Origin: Nitrospirota bacterium
GTDB lineage: Bacteria > Nitrospirota > JACRHJ01
Assembly (NCBI GenBank): GCA_963845245.1
Contig: CAWJRJ010000021.1
Coordinates: 160,001-224,000 of the forward strand
Length of the DNA stretch: 64,000 bases
Direction: 5' to 3'
Below, one piece after another: positions 39,388 to 48,649 of the stretch; position 1 is the first letter of the stretch; each line of letters opens with the position of its first letter. The notes beneath the pieces were generated by a model, which was not told the DNA's origin, ran no database searches, and saw only the letters and a list, made by a program, of their open reading frames with translations. Position numbers and translations under genes: made by a program.

Positions 39388-42300
39388 TTGAAGACTAACC
39401 TTGCCGGCCGGATCACGGAATATTTCATCAACTCACAGCTCACCGTGCTGCTGATGATAGCCGTGGCGGCCTTCGGAATATTCGCCCTCGTCCGCACCCC
39501 CAGGGAAGAAAACCCCCAGATAGTAGTCCCCGCCGCAAATATCATCGTGATGTACCCCGGCGCAAGCGCCAAGGAAGTGGAGGAGCTTGTCTCCCGGCCG
39601 CTCGAGCGGATACTGCGCGAGGTCAAGGGCGTGGAGGACGTATACTCCACCTCGATGAACTCCATGTCGGTCGTGACGGTAAAGTATTATGTCGGCCAGG
39701 ACCGCGAGAAGAGCCTGCTGAACCTCTACAACAAGGTGATGTCCAATATCGACTACGCCCCGCCGGGCGCAGTCATGCCTCCTCTTTTCAAACCGATAGA
39801 AGTCGACGACGTGCCGATAGTCACCGTAACCCTCTCAGGCGGCGGCTACGACGACTACCAGCTTAAGAGGCTGGCCGACAACCTCCTGACCAGAATACAG
39901 GAGGTGCCCGGCACATCTACGTCCTATGTGGTCGGCGGACGCGACAGGCAGGTGCGTGTAGAACTAGACCCGGTGAGGCTAGCGGCCTACAACGTGTCTC
40001 CCTTGCAGGTACAGTTCGCGCTCAAGTCCGGTAACGCCAACCTTTTAACAGGCAACCTTGAGGGCGGCGGCAGGAGGATGCAGCTAGAGACCGGCGGGTT
40101 CATCGGTTCGGCCCAGGACGTCAAGGGGCTTGTCATCTCAAACTCAGGCGGGCGTCTTGTATATCTCCGTGATGTAGCCAGCGTATCCGATTCGCAGGAG
40201 GAGATAACGCATCTGACAAGGATTGCGCAACACTCCGCCGCCTCGCCGGATGGAAATGAGCACGCGGCCGTGACGCTCGCAATCGCCAAGAAGAAAGGCG
40301 AAAATGCGGTAAAGGTAGCCGATGAGATAATTGCAAAGCTCGATTCCCTGAAGCGCTCGCTTCCCGCCGGGATCAAAGCCACTATAACCAGAAACGACGG
40401 GGAGCGCGCGAACGAGGCGGTAAACGAGCTAGTCGAGCACCTCATCCTCAGTATAGTCATAGTGATCCTGTTGCTGCTGCTTGCGCTTGGCTGGCGAGAC
40501 GCGCTCATCGTGGCGCTTGCCATCCCGCTCACGTTGTTCGTCACGCTCGGTGTGGGCATGCTCGCCGGGCAGACGATCAACCGGATAACGCTTTTCGCGC
40601 TCACACTCTCGCTTGGCCTTCTGGTTGACGACGCGATAGTGGTGGTCGAGAACATCCACCGCCACTACCAGATGCAGAGGCGTCCGCGCCTGCATGCCGC
40701 AATCGAGGCCGTAAACGAGATAGGCAGCCCCACCGTGCTCGCCACACTTACCGTCATACTTGCGTTCCTGCCGATGTTCTTCGTTACAGGCATGATGGGG
40801 CCGTACATGGCGCCGATACCCTTCAACGTCCCCGTCGCCATGCTGGCGTCTCTCATGGTCGCGTTCATCGTGACCCCGTGGGCCGCCTACCGGCTGGTGC
40901 AGGTCAAGCATGCTCCCGAAGGCAAGTTGGCTAGGCCCTGGATCCACAGGGCGTACAACAGGGTGCTGGGTCCGCTACTTAACAACAAACACAAGCGGCG
41001 CATATTCATTGGCGTCGTGGTGCTGCTCTTCGCCGCGGTGATGACCTTCCCATATCTGCAGTGGGTGGACTTCAGGATGCTCCCAAAGGCGAACAAGAAC
41101 ACATTCCTCATCACCATCAACACGCCCACCGGGACGGCCCTTGAGGTGACGGACACCGTCGCGCGCGCAGTCGGCGCGTATGTAAAGACTATTCCTGAGG
41201 TGAAGGACTACGAGACATATGTCGGCGTCCCCTCGGTCGTAGATTTCAACGGCCTGCTGCGTGGGAGCGGCTTCAGGAAGGACCCGCGCTTTGCCGACAT
41301 CAGGGTCAACCTCGTAGACAAGGCCGACCGCTCGATATCAAGCGAAAAGCTTGTGCTGAAGATAAGGCCCGATATAGACAAGATCGCACGGCAGTACAAT
41401 GCCAACATAAAGCTGGTCGAGGACCCGCCTGGCCCGCCGGTGCGTTCAACCATTGTCGCCGAGATATACGGGCCGGACTATGGCACGCTAAGGGCGCTTG
41501 CCGGAGACATGAAGAAGACCTTCGCGGGCACGAAGGCGGTGGTTGACATCGACGACAGCGTCGAGGAGGACGCGGTAAAGTACGACGTGATCGTCGACAA
41601 GACCAAGGCCGCCGAAAACGGCATATCAACCGAGCAGATAGTCGGCACGCTCAGGATAGCGTACGGCGGCGCGGTAGTTACGACTATGCATATCCCCACG
41701 GAGAAGAACCCGGTCGGGATATTCCTGCGCTTCCCGCGCCAGGACAGGACAAGGCCGGACGACCTCGGGCTTGCATATATAACGAACCCGCAGGGCAGGC
41801 AGGTGCCGCTCTCGGAGCTGGTAAAGATCGTGCCCGGCACATTTGACAAGCCTATCTACCACAAGAACATGAAGCCGGTGGTCTACGTCTACGGCGAGAT
41901 GGGCGCGAGGAGCCAGTTATACGCGGTGCTCGACATGATGAAATACCTGAAACAGCACCCGCTGCCTTTGGGCTACAATGTAAAGTGGGACGGCGAGATG
42001 AAGCTCACGCTCGATGTGTTCCGCGACCTGGGCGCCGCCATGGCCGTCGCGCTGGTGCTTATATACCTGCTGCTGGTCGGGCGGTTCCGTTCTTTCATCG
42101 TCCCCATTATAATCATGGGTCCGATACCGCTTGCCATGATAGGTATAATGCCCGGCTTTGCGCTTCTGGGGATATACTTCTCCGCGACTTCCATGATAGG
42201 CGTGATAGCGCTCGCGGGCATAGTGGTAAGGAACTCCATTATCCTCATCGAGTTCATACAGGACAAGAAGAACGAGGGCATGCCCATCGAGGACGCGCTC

Positions 42301-42519
42301 ATCGAGGCCGGTGCCATTCGCACGAGGCCCATCGTCCTTACCGCGCTGGCCGCGATACTGGGCGCGTCGGTCATTGCGGCCGACCCGGTATGGAGCGGCC
42401 TTGCATGGGCGCTCATATTCGGCATGACCGCCTCCACCGCGCTCACGCTCGTCGTTATACCGGTGGTCTATTATATTTTCCAGAAAAAGAAATGGGAGAC
42501 GGCATCGACCGAGGAGTAA
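39388..42519 (+). CDS. RND efflux permease (AcrB/CusA superfamily)
   Basis: 1043 aa; TPREENPQI, GLLVDDAIVVVENI, GIVVRNSI, RTRPIVLT. Confidence 0.95.
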   Translation: MKTNLAGRITEYFINSQLTVLLMIAVAAFGIFALVRTPREENPQIVVPAANIIVMYPGASAKEVEELVSRPLERILREVKGVEDVYSTSMNSMSVVTVKYYVGQDREKSLLNLYNKVMSNIDYAPPGAVMPPLFKPIEVDDVPIVTVTLSGGGYDDYQLKRLADNLLTRIQEVPGTSTSYVVGGRDRQVRVELDPVRLAAYNVSPLQVQFALKSGNANLLTGNLEGGGRRMQLETGGFIGSAQDVKGLVISNSGGRLVYLRDVASVSDSQEEITHLTRIAQHSAASPDGNEHAAVTLAIAKKKGENAVKVADEIIAKLDSLKRSLPAGIKATITRNDGERANEAVNELVEHLILSIVIVILLLLLALGWRDALIVALAIPLTLFVTLGVGMLAGQTINRITLFALTLSLGLLVDDAIVVVENIHRHYQMQRRPRLHAAIEAVNEIGSPTVLATLTVILAFLPMFFVTGMMGPYMAPIPFNVPVAMLASLMVAFIVTPWAAYRLVQVKHAPEGKLARPWIHRAYNRVLGPLLNNKHKRRIFIGVVVLLFAAVMTFPYLQWVDFRMLPKANKNTFLITINTPTGTALEVTDTVARAVGAYVKTIPEVKDYETYVGVPSVVDFNGLLRGSGFRKDPRFADIRVNLVDKADRSISSEKLVLKIRPDIDKIARQYNANIKLVEDPPGPPVRSTIVAEIYGPDYGTLRALAGDMKKTFAGTKAVVDIDDSVEEDAVKYDVIVDKTKAAENGISTEQIVGTLRIAYGGAVVTTMHIPTEKNPVGIFLRFPRQDRTRPDDLGLAYITNPQGRQVPLSELVKIVPGTFDKPIYHKNMKPVVYVYGEMGARSQLYAVLDMMKYLKQHPLPLGYNVKWDGEMKLTLDVFRDLGAAMAVALVLIYLLLVGRFRSFIVPIIIMGPIPLAMIGIMPGFALLGIYFSATSMIGVIALAGIVVRNSIILIEFIQDKKNEGMPIEDALIEAGAIRTRPIVLTALAAILGASVIAADPVWSGLAWALIFGMTASTALTLVVIPVVYYIFQKKKWETASTEE

Positions 42520-42523
42520 AATT

Positions 42524-43351
42524 ATGGCATACGTGACTTTTACCAGCCCGGAATGTATCGCGGGCATAGTGCTCAACGACCCGCCGGAGAACTTCATCTC
42601 CCGCGCCGTCATGGCCGACATAAACAGGTTTATCGACGAGGAACTAAGACCCAAGATAAAGCTCTGCTCGGTTGTGATAACCGGCGAGGGCCCGAACTTC
42701 TCGTCCGGCATCGACATAAAGGACCTGGTCAAGGTAGGCCGTAACGAGGCCATGCTGCTCTCCCGCATCGGCCACAGGGCGGTGCGCGGGCTTGAGGAGC
42801 TGCCCGTCCCGGTCATCGCTGCAATAAGCGGCAAGGCTTTCGACATAGGCTTCGAGCTGGCCTTGGCCTGCGACATCCGTATATGCACCGAGGACGCCCT
42901 TTTCTCGATGTCCACGATAAAGATAGGCATACCGCCGTCCTCAGGCGCAACGATGCGCCTGCCGGCAATAGTCGGGGCGGGCCGGGCGCGCGAGATACTC
43001 TATTCCGGGCGCGAGGTGGATGCGCATGAGGCGCTGGCAATAGGCCTTGTCAGCAGGGTGGTCGCGGACCAGACCGAGCTGATGGACACGGCGCGCGAGA
43101 TGGCCTTCACGATTGCCAACAACGCCCCGGATGCAGTGCGCCAGACGAAGACGCTCGTCAATATGGGCCTTGACCGCGGCTATACCGAACGCGTGGAGGA
43201 AGAGGAGATTATAGCCTTTGCCGAGTCGTTCGGGCCGGGCAGCGAGCCGCGCCTGGGGATGGAGGCATTCCTTTCTGGCAGCAAGAGCCCTTGGTCGAAG
43301 GACCATGTCGAGTGGTGCAAGTTCAATGAGCCTCAATCTCCCGCCGAATGA
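42524..43351 (+). CDS. Enoyl-CoA hydratase/isomerase family protein
   Basis: FSSGIDI, PVIAAISG, ELALACDIR, RLPAIVG, EALAIGLV. Confidence 0.88.
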   Translation: MAYVTFTSPECIAGIVLNDPPENFISRAVMADINRFIDEELRPKIKLCSVVITGEGPNFSSGIDIKDLVKVGRNEAMLLSRIGHRAVRGLEELPVPVIAAISGKAFDIGFELALACDIRICTEDALFSMSTIKIGIPPSSGATMRLPAIVGAGRAREILYSGREVDAHEALAIGLVSRVVADQTELMDTAREMAFTIANNAPDAVRQTKTLVNMGLDRGYTERVEEEEIIAFAESFGPGSEPRLGMEAFLSGSKSPWSKDHVEWCKFNEPQSPAE

Positions 43352-43382
43352 TGCATCCTTCAACGGTTTAATCAAACTTTTC

Positions 43383-43411
43383 TTGACATCCCTACTTCTC
43401 TACTCTAAAAT
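43383..43411 (+). promoter_or_regulatory. Sigma70-type promoter
   Basis: TTGACA-17 nt-TAAAAT upstream of the small Cys-rich gene. Confidence 0.6.
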
Positions 43412-43456
43412 ACTGATTACCAGCTACACTAATAACTGTATATAAGGAGTAGGGTC

Positions 43457-43684
43457 ATGGAGCAGTCTTGCGAACTTCTGGAGAAGTGCGGTTTTTTCAT
43501 TAATTTCAAGGGAAACGCCGAGGTAATCAAGCAGGGATGGGTGCGGATGTACTGTCAGTCTCAGGAAAAATCGTCGCGTTGCAAGCGAAAGATGATACGC
43601 AAGGAAACCGGTATGCCGCCACTGGACAACATGGCGCCCACCGGAGATATCATAAAGGTCATGGGCAAATCAGGCCTGGAATAG
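43457..43684 (+). CDS. Small Cys-rich hypothetical protein
   Basis: AAGGAG RBS; CELLEKCGFF...YC......RCKR...PTG. Confidence 0.75.
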   Translation: MEQSCELLEKCGFFINFKGNAEVIKQGWVRMYCQSQEKSSRCKRKMIRKETGMPPLDNMAPTGDIIKVMGKSGLE

Positions 43685-43690
43685 CTGGAA

Positions 43691-45361
43691 TCACCTTTTC
43701 TTCGGCTCCACAAATACCGTCTTGTTATTGGTGAATATGGCCTGCCCGGGCGCGGGGTCCTTGGGTTTTCGCACGTACTTCTTAAAGGTATAGTCCACAG
43801 CCACCGAGCTGTCCTTTTTCGCGCCTGAGTTAAACGCCGCCACTTCCGCCGCTTCCAATATGGTTTGCAAGGGTATGTCCGGCCTGCGTTCGGGGTTACG
43901 CACAATGACATGGCCGCCGTGGTATCCCTGCACGTGGAGCCAGAGGTCCATCGGCTGTGCGAGCTTGAATGTAAGCACGTCGTTCATCTTCGCGTTCCGT
44001 GCAAAGACCACCTCGTAGCCGTCCGAGCTTTTGAAGGACGGGAATTCCGGAATTCCCCTGCGCTCCGCACCCTTGCCGACCCTTGCCTCTTTAGCTGAAG
44101 AGGGTTTACCGCCTGACAGTTCCTCAAGGCTTGTGGCCTGTTCCGCCGTTTTAAGCTGCCCCTTCAACCTCTCCGACTCCAACACCGTGGCAGCAAGCCG
44201 CTCCCTTATTATTGCCGCCGCCGATTTCGCCTTTCTGGCCTTTTTGAACCATGCCTCCGCATTCTTTACCTGATCCAGCATCGGGTCGAGCGGTATCTCA
44301 AGCGGTTCACCCTCGGAAAAGAGGTTCGGAAGTACCACCTTGTCCACGCTGCCCGGCACCTGTCCCGGCGACGCCATCAGCACCTGCCCGTAAAGCTGGT
44401 AGGTGTCGGCCATCCCCGCCCCGGTGGCCTCGGCCCCGATTGCGGAGAGCTTCCTCTCCACCGCCGCAAGCCTTGCGCGGAGTTCCCTGACAACCGACGT
44501 CTTTTTGGCTGCGAACTCCCGTTCTTCCACCAGCCTGTCGTAATATGCCTCCGCCGCCTCGTTCATGGAGGCGTAGGCCGAACTGCCAAGTCCAGCATAC
44601 TGCACAAGCTTAAAGGCGGCCAGCGCCGGGCCTTTGGGCGTCTCATATATAGTAGGGGAAAACTCGCCCTTTTCCAGAATCGTCAGCAGGCCATTGATCT
44701 CTTTGAGTATCTTGTCGGGATTCGGCCCGCCCGCCCTTGCCACGGCCTCTGCGGCCAGGACGGGGCTTATACCGCCGACTTTTTTGAATATCGCCTTGTC
44801 GGTCGCCAGTCCCGGGTTCTCCGACAGGATCTCCATTATGGTATCCGCCGTTAGCGTATACGGGTCGGCCCTGTCCGGGAGCGGCGGCGGCTCGTAGTTC
44901 AGGCCGGGTAGCAGGGGCCTCTGGGCTTCTTCCGATATGGAGACGTATGACTGGGCAAGGGTTATCCTGCCCGCCTCGTCAAGGACAATGATGTTGGGCT
45001 TCTTCCCCGCCATCTCCACAACAAGGCTCGTTTTCCCTTTCCTGCCTGAAAACTCAATAATAACAGTGCGTTCCAGGCCGGGCTGAGAAACCGTTACCAC
45101 ATTCGAGCCGACTATGCTATTATTAAGACTGCTGGCGAACGGGGTAAGCTCCTTTGAGCGCGGCGGTTTCCCGGATATCAGGTAAAGCCTGGGCAGGCCG
45201 GGGCGCGGGCCTATAAGAAGGGCCTTTTTGCCGCCCTCTCCTTTGAATACAAGGAACACCTCTCCCGCGTCGCCTTCGGCAAGCTCTATGAGCCTCATGC
45301 CCGGCAGTACGGCGGCCAGTTCGGCTGCTATCGCTTTTAATACGGCTATTTCCATGGGCAC
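43691..45361 (-). CDS. rqcH: NFACT/Rqc2 family ribosome quality control protein (FbpA-like)
   Basis: NFACT-N (LERT...EMAGK..NI), IPLDP...NAEAWFKKARK, NFACT-R (RNAKMND.L...DLWLH...GGHVI). Confidence 0.88.
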   Translation of the reverse strand: MPMEIAVLKAIAAELAAVLPGMRLIELAEGDAGEVFLVFKGEGGKKALLIGPRPGLPRLYLISGKPPRSKELTPFASSLNNSIVGSNVVTVSQPGLERTVIIEFSGRKGKTSLVVEMAGKKPNIIVLDEAGRITLAQSYVSISEEAQRPLLPGLNYEPPPLPDRADPYTLTADTIMEILSENPGLATDKAIFKKVGGISPVLAAEAVARAGGPNPDKILKEINGLLTILEKGEFSPTIYETPKGPALAAFKLVQYAGLGSSAYASMNEAAEAYYDRLVEEREFAAKKTSVVRELRARLAAVERKLSAIGAEATGAGMADTYQLYGQVLMASPGQVPGSVDKVVLPNLFSEGEPLEIPLDPMLDQVKNAEAWFKKARKAKSAAAIIRERLAATVLESERLKGQLKTAEQATSLEELSGGKPSSAKEARVGKGAERRGIPEFPSFKSSDGYEVVFARNAKMNDVLTFKLAQPMDLWLHVQGYHGGHVIVRNPERRPDIPLQTILEAAEVAAFNSGAKKDSSVAVDYTFKKYVRKPKDPAPGQAIFTNNKTVFVEPKKR

Positions 45362-45419
45362 CCATTCTACCCGGCTTGGGCCCCCAGCGCAACAATTGGT
45401 TTCTGCATTACGATTTTAC

Positions 45420-45448
45420 TTGACAAAAGGTGAACTTTTCTCTATATT
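45420..45448 (+). promoter_or_regulatory. Sigma70 promoter of rplM-rpsI
   Basis: TTGACA-17 nt-TATATT. Confidence 0.65.
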
Positions 45449-45493
45449 TTCACTTTCGTTCACGCAATTCATCAAATTAAACCAAGGTGGGAC

Positions 45494-45929
45494 ATGAGTA
45501 CGGTATCAGCTAAAAAAGAGACAGTAGAGAGAAAATGGTTCGTGGTGGACGCCCAGGACGTTGTCCTTGGCCGCCTTGCGACGAACGTAGCGTCAATACT
45601 CAGGGGCAAAGCACAAGCCGATCTACACCCCGCATGTTGACACGGGCGATTTCGTGGTAATCGTAAACGCCGAGAAGATACAGCTTACCGGCAAGAAGCT
45701 TGACAACAAGGTCTACTATCACCACACCAATTACCCCGGCGGCTTGAAGTCCATAACCGCGGGCAAGCTCCTCAAGGAGAAGCCGGAAGAGGTAATAATC
45801 GCCGCAGTCAAGGGCATGCTTCCGAAGAACCCCCTGGGACGCGACATGATCCATAAGTTGAAGGTATACGCCGGTGCGGAACATCCGCATGCCGCGCAGA
45901 TGCCCGAGAAGCTTGAGATAAAGGCATAA
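45494..45929 (+). CDS. rplM: 50S ribosomal protein L13 (one frameshift near 45610)
   Basis: RKWFVVDA...[43 protein letters not shown]. Confidence 0.97.
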
Positions 45930-45950
45930 TTTCTAAAAGGAGATCTTTTA

Positions 45951-46343
45951 ATGGCAGAGTCGATTTATTACGCCACGGGCAAGAGGAAGAACTCGATTGC
46001 CAGGGTATGGATGACCCCCGGGGCAGGCAAGATAGTCATCAACGGCCGTACGATCGAAGACTACTTCGGTCGCGAGGTCCTCAGGATGATCATACACCAG
46101 CCGCTTGAGCTGGTCAACGCGCTGGGCAAGTTCGATATAAACGTACTTGCTTCAGGCGGCGGCACCTCAGGCCAGGCCGGTGCGCTCAGGCACGGCATAT
46201 CAAAGGCACTCCTTGAGATCGACCCCGAGACGAGGGGCGCGCTTAAGAAGGCCGGTTTCCTTACCCGCGACCCGAGGGTCGTCGAGCGTAAGAAATACGG
46301 CAGGCCGGGCGCAAGAAAGCGCTTCCAGTTCTCCAAGAGATAA
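45951..46343 (+). CDS. rpsI: 30S ribosomal protein S9
   Basis: [33 protein letters not shown]. Confidence 0.99.
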   Translation: MAESIYYATGKRKNSIARVWMTPGAGKIVINGRTIEDYFGREVLRMIIHQPLELVNALGKFDINVLASGGGTSGQAGALRHGISKALLEIDPETRGALKKAGFLTRDPRVVERKKYGRPGARKRFQFSKR

Positions 46344-46367
46344 TAACTGCGTTACATGTAATAATGG

Positions 46368-46398
46368 ACGGGGGGCTGATGAAGCCCCCCGTTTTTTT
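46368..46398 (+). terminator. Intrinsic terminator after rpsI
   Basis: ACGGGGGGCT/AGCCCCCCGT stem plus T-tract. Confidence 0.88.
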
Positions 46399-46477
46399 AT
46401 TTGTTTTCCCGTGTTTATTTGTGTAGCATCTGTTTAACAGGGAGTACCATGTGTCCTCCCGGATTAATGGAGCGGCA

Positions 46478-47035
46478 ATGATAGACAACTTCATCTTATC
46501 CGCCGATGATTCGACCCTCGTCGTAATTGACATACAGGAGCGGCTTGCGCCTGTCATGGAGGAGAGGGGCAAGGTCGTAAGGAACACCAACTTCCTTATC
46601 GAGCTTGCGAAGTCGTTCAATATCCCGGTAGTCGTCACGGAGCAGTACCCCAAAGGCCTGGGACATACCGTGCCGGAGATAAAAGAGAACCTTGAAGGCT
46701 GCATGATATTGCCGGAGAAGCTTACGTTCGACTGCTGCGGGCAGGACGAGTTTACTGAACTGCTTGAGTCCGGCGGAAGAAGGAACGTAATAGTCGCGGG
46801 CATGGAGACGCATGTATGCGTGCTCCAGACGGTGCTCAGCCTTCTAAAGAACGGATACAACGTCCATGTCGTCACGGATGCGGTCTGCTCGCGGGATGCC
46901 GGGAACAAGAGGACGGCGCTTGAGATGCTTGCGAAGGCGGGCGCGGTCGTCACCTGCACCGAGACGGTGCTGTTCCAGGTCATGAAGGTCGCCGGGACGG
47001 AAGAGTTCAAAAAGATATCGAAGATGATAAGATAA
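46478..47035 (+). CDS. Isochorismatase family hydrolase
   Basis: VIDIQERL, TEQYPKGLGHT, GMETHVCVLQT, DAVCSR. Confidence 0.92.
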   Translation: MIDNFILSADDSTLVVIDIQERLAPVMEERGKVVRNTNFLIELAKSFNIPVVVTEQYPKGLGHTVPEIKENLEGCMILPEKLTFDCCGQDEFTELLESGGRRNVIVAGMETHVCVLQTVLSLLKNGYNVHVVTDAVCSRDAGNKRTALEMLAKAGAVVTCTETVLFQVMKVAGTEEFKKISKMIR

Positions 47036-47054
47036 ACGTCCCGCTCTATGATTT

Positions 47055-47107
47055 GTAGGGGCGCGATTCATCGCGTCCGGTTCGGGCTTGATAAATCAAG
47101 CCCCTAT
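47055..47107. repeat. Inverted GTAG-type REP pair (second subfamily)
   Basis: GTAGGGGCGCGATTCATCGCGTCC...GGGCTTGATAAATCAAGCCCCTAT. Confidence 0.7.
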
Positions 47108-47146
47108 ATTTAAGCAGAATTCACGAATTTCTGTTAAGGAGGATTT

Positions 47147-47398
47147 ATGGAATTAGATGATAGAGGAATGGACACAACTATATTTTTTATTGGAAAAGAC
47201 CAGAAACTGCTGGCACAAAAGATTGAAATAGATGACAAGGTAAATTTGCATCATAAGGGAGAGCTTGTGGAGGCTGTAATAAAATCCATGGAAGGCAATC
47301 ATTTTGTAGGTTCCATTAAAAATGCTGGCAATCCAGATTTAATTGGGAGTGAAATTAAATTTTCAGAAAAAAATATTTTCGGAGTGGAAAAATATTAG
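47147..47398 (+). CDS. AT-rich hypothetical protein
   Basis: AAGGAGG RBS; 83-codon ORF filling the gap before argC. Confidence 0.65.
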   Translation: MELDDRGMDTTIFFIGKDQKLLAQKIEIDDKVNLHHKGELVEAVIKSMEGNHFVGSIKNAGNPDLIGSEIKFSEKNIFGVEKY

Positions 47399-47419
47399 TG
47401 TGAGTAATGGAGAATCAAA

Positions 47420-48460
47420 ATGCTTAAAGTCGCAATAGTAGGTTCCAGCGGTTACGCGGGCGGGGAGCTGCTCCGTATCCTGCTCGGGCACAAGGAAGTC
47501 GAAGTCGTCGCGGTAACATCCGAGAAGTCGGCGGGCCAGCACGTGGCCGCGCTGTTCCCGCACCTGGGCAGGCTATGCAACCTGACCCTTGAGAAGCTTG
47601 ACGCAACGGTAATAGCGGACAAGGCCGACCTGATATTCCTGGCCGTGCCGCACATGCAGGCGATGACCCCGGCGGCCCAGTTCGTGGGCATCGGCAGGAA
47701 GGTGATCGACCTCTCGGCGGACTTCAGGTTCAAGGACACGCGCGTGTACGACGAGTGGTACGGCGAGGAGCACAGCCAGCCCGGCCTCGCGTACATGGCC
47801 GCATACGGCCTGCCGGAACTGCACCGCGAGGAGATAAAGAACGCGAGGCTGGTCGGCAACCCCGGCTGCTACCCCACCGGCGCGATACTCGCCCTTGCCC
47901 CGCTGATCAAGGAAGGGCTGATCGAACTCGACAGCGTGATAGTGGATTCGAAGTCCGGCGTATCCGGCGCGGGCCGCACCCCGGCGCAGGCCTATCACTA
48001 CCCCGAGGCGAACGAGACGATAACGGCATACAAGATAGGCACGCACAGGCACACGCCGGAGATAGAGCAGCAGCTATCGGACATGGCGGGCGCGGGTGTG
48101 ATAATAAACTTCACGCCGCACCTGACGCCGATGAACCGCGGTATACTCACCACGGCCTATGCTAAGCTGAACAAGCTGGCCGGGCCGGACACGCTTTTGA
48201 AGATGTACGCCAAGTTCTACAAGAACGACTTCTTCGTGCGCATACTGGGCAAGGGCAACTACCCGACCGTGTCTTCCGTACGTGGCTCGAACTTCTGCGA
48301 CATCGGGCTCTACAGCGACATCCGTACGAAGCGAGTCGTGGTCGTTTCGGCGATAGATAACCTTGTAAAGGGCGCGGCGGGCCAGGCGGTCCAGAACATG
48401 AACATCATGATGGGCTTCCCTGAGACGGAAGGCCTCAAGCATCTGGGGATGTTCCCGTAA
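47420..48460 (+). CDS. argC: N-acetyl-gamma-glutamyl-phosphate reductase
   Basis: GSSGYAG, IDLSADFR, YGLPE, NPGCYPT, SGVSGAGR, HRHTPEI, DNLVKGAAGQA. Confidence 0.98.
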   Translation: MLKVAIVGSSGYAGGELLRILLGHKEVEVVAVTSEKSAGQHVAALFPHLGRLCNLTLEKLDATVIADKADLIFLAVPHMQAMTPAAQFVGIGRKVIDLSADFRFKDTRVYDEWYGEEHSQPGLAYMAAYGLPELHREEIKNARLVGNPGCYPTGAILALAPLIKEGLIELDSVIVDSKSGVSGAGRTPAQAYHYPEANETITAYKIGTHRHTPEIEQQLSDMAGAGVIINFTPHLTPMNRGILTTAYAKLNKLAGPDTLLKMYAKFYKNDFFVRILGKGNYPTVSSVRGSNFCDIGLYSDIRTKRVVVVSAIDNLVKGAAGQAVQNMNIMMGFPETEGLKHLGMFP

Positions 48461-48533
48461 ATATTACGAGTGGCATAAGCGCATTCACTTCCGGCGGCTT
48501 ACTCGTGTATTTCTAAAGGCTCATTCACTGCGG

Positions 48534-48567
48534 GCAGCAAAACTCGCTTCGCTCAGACAGTTGCTGC
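48534..48567. repeat. Dispersed repeat AACTCGCTTCGCTCAGACAG within inverted arms
   Basis: GCAGCAA...TTGCTGC arms; core matches 11593-11615 reversed. Confidence 0.6.
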
Positions 48568-48649
48568 TGCAACGCTTATTTCGCCAAGAAATACAGTTTG
48601 CTCGCCGCAAGTTCGTTCGTACGCTAATGCCAATAGAAGAGGTGATTGT

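Noticed and set aside
45494..45929. Split genes (rplM, dnaJ, argJ, pilC, glt genes and others) as pseudogenes or programmed frameshifts
   Set aside because: Essential genes are affected, all catalytic motifs are intact, shifts are mostly +1 and there are no consistent slippery sites. Sequencing error is the simpler explanation.
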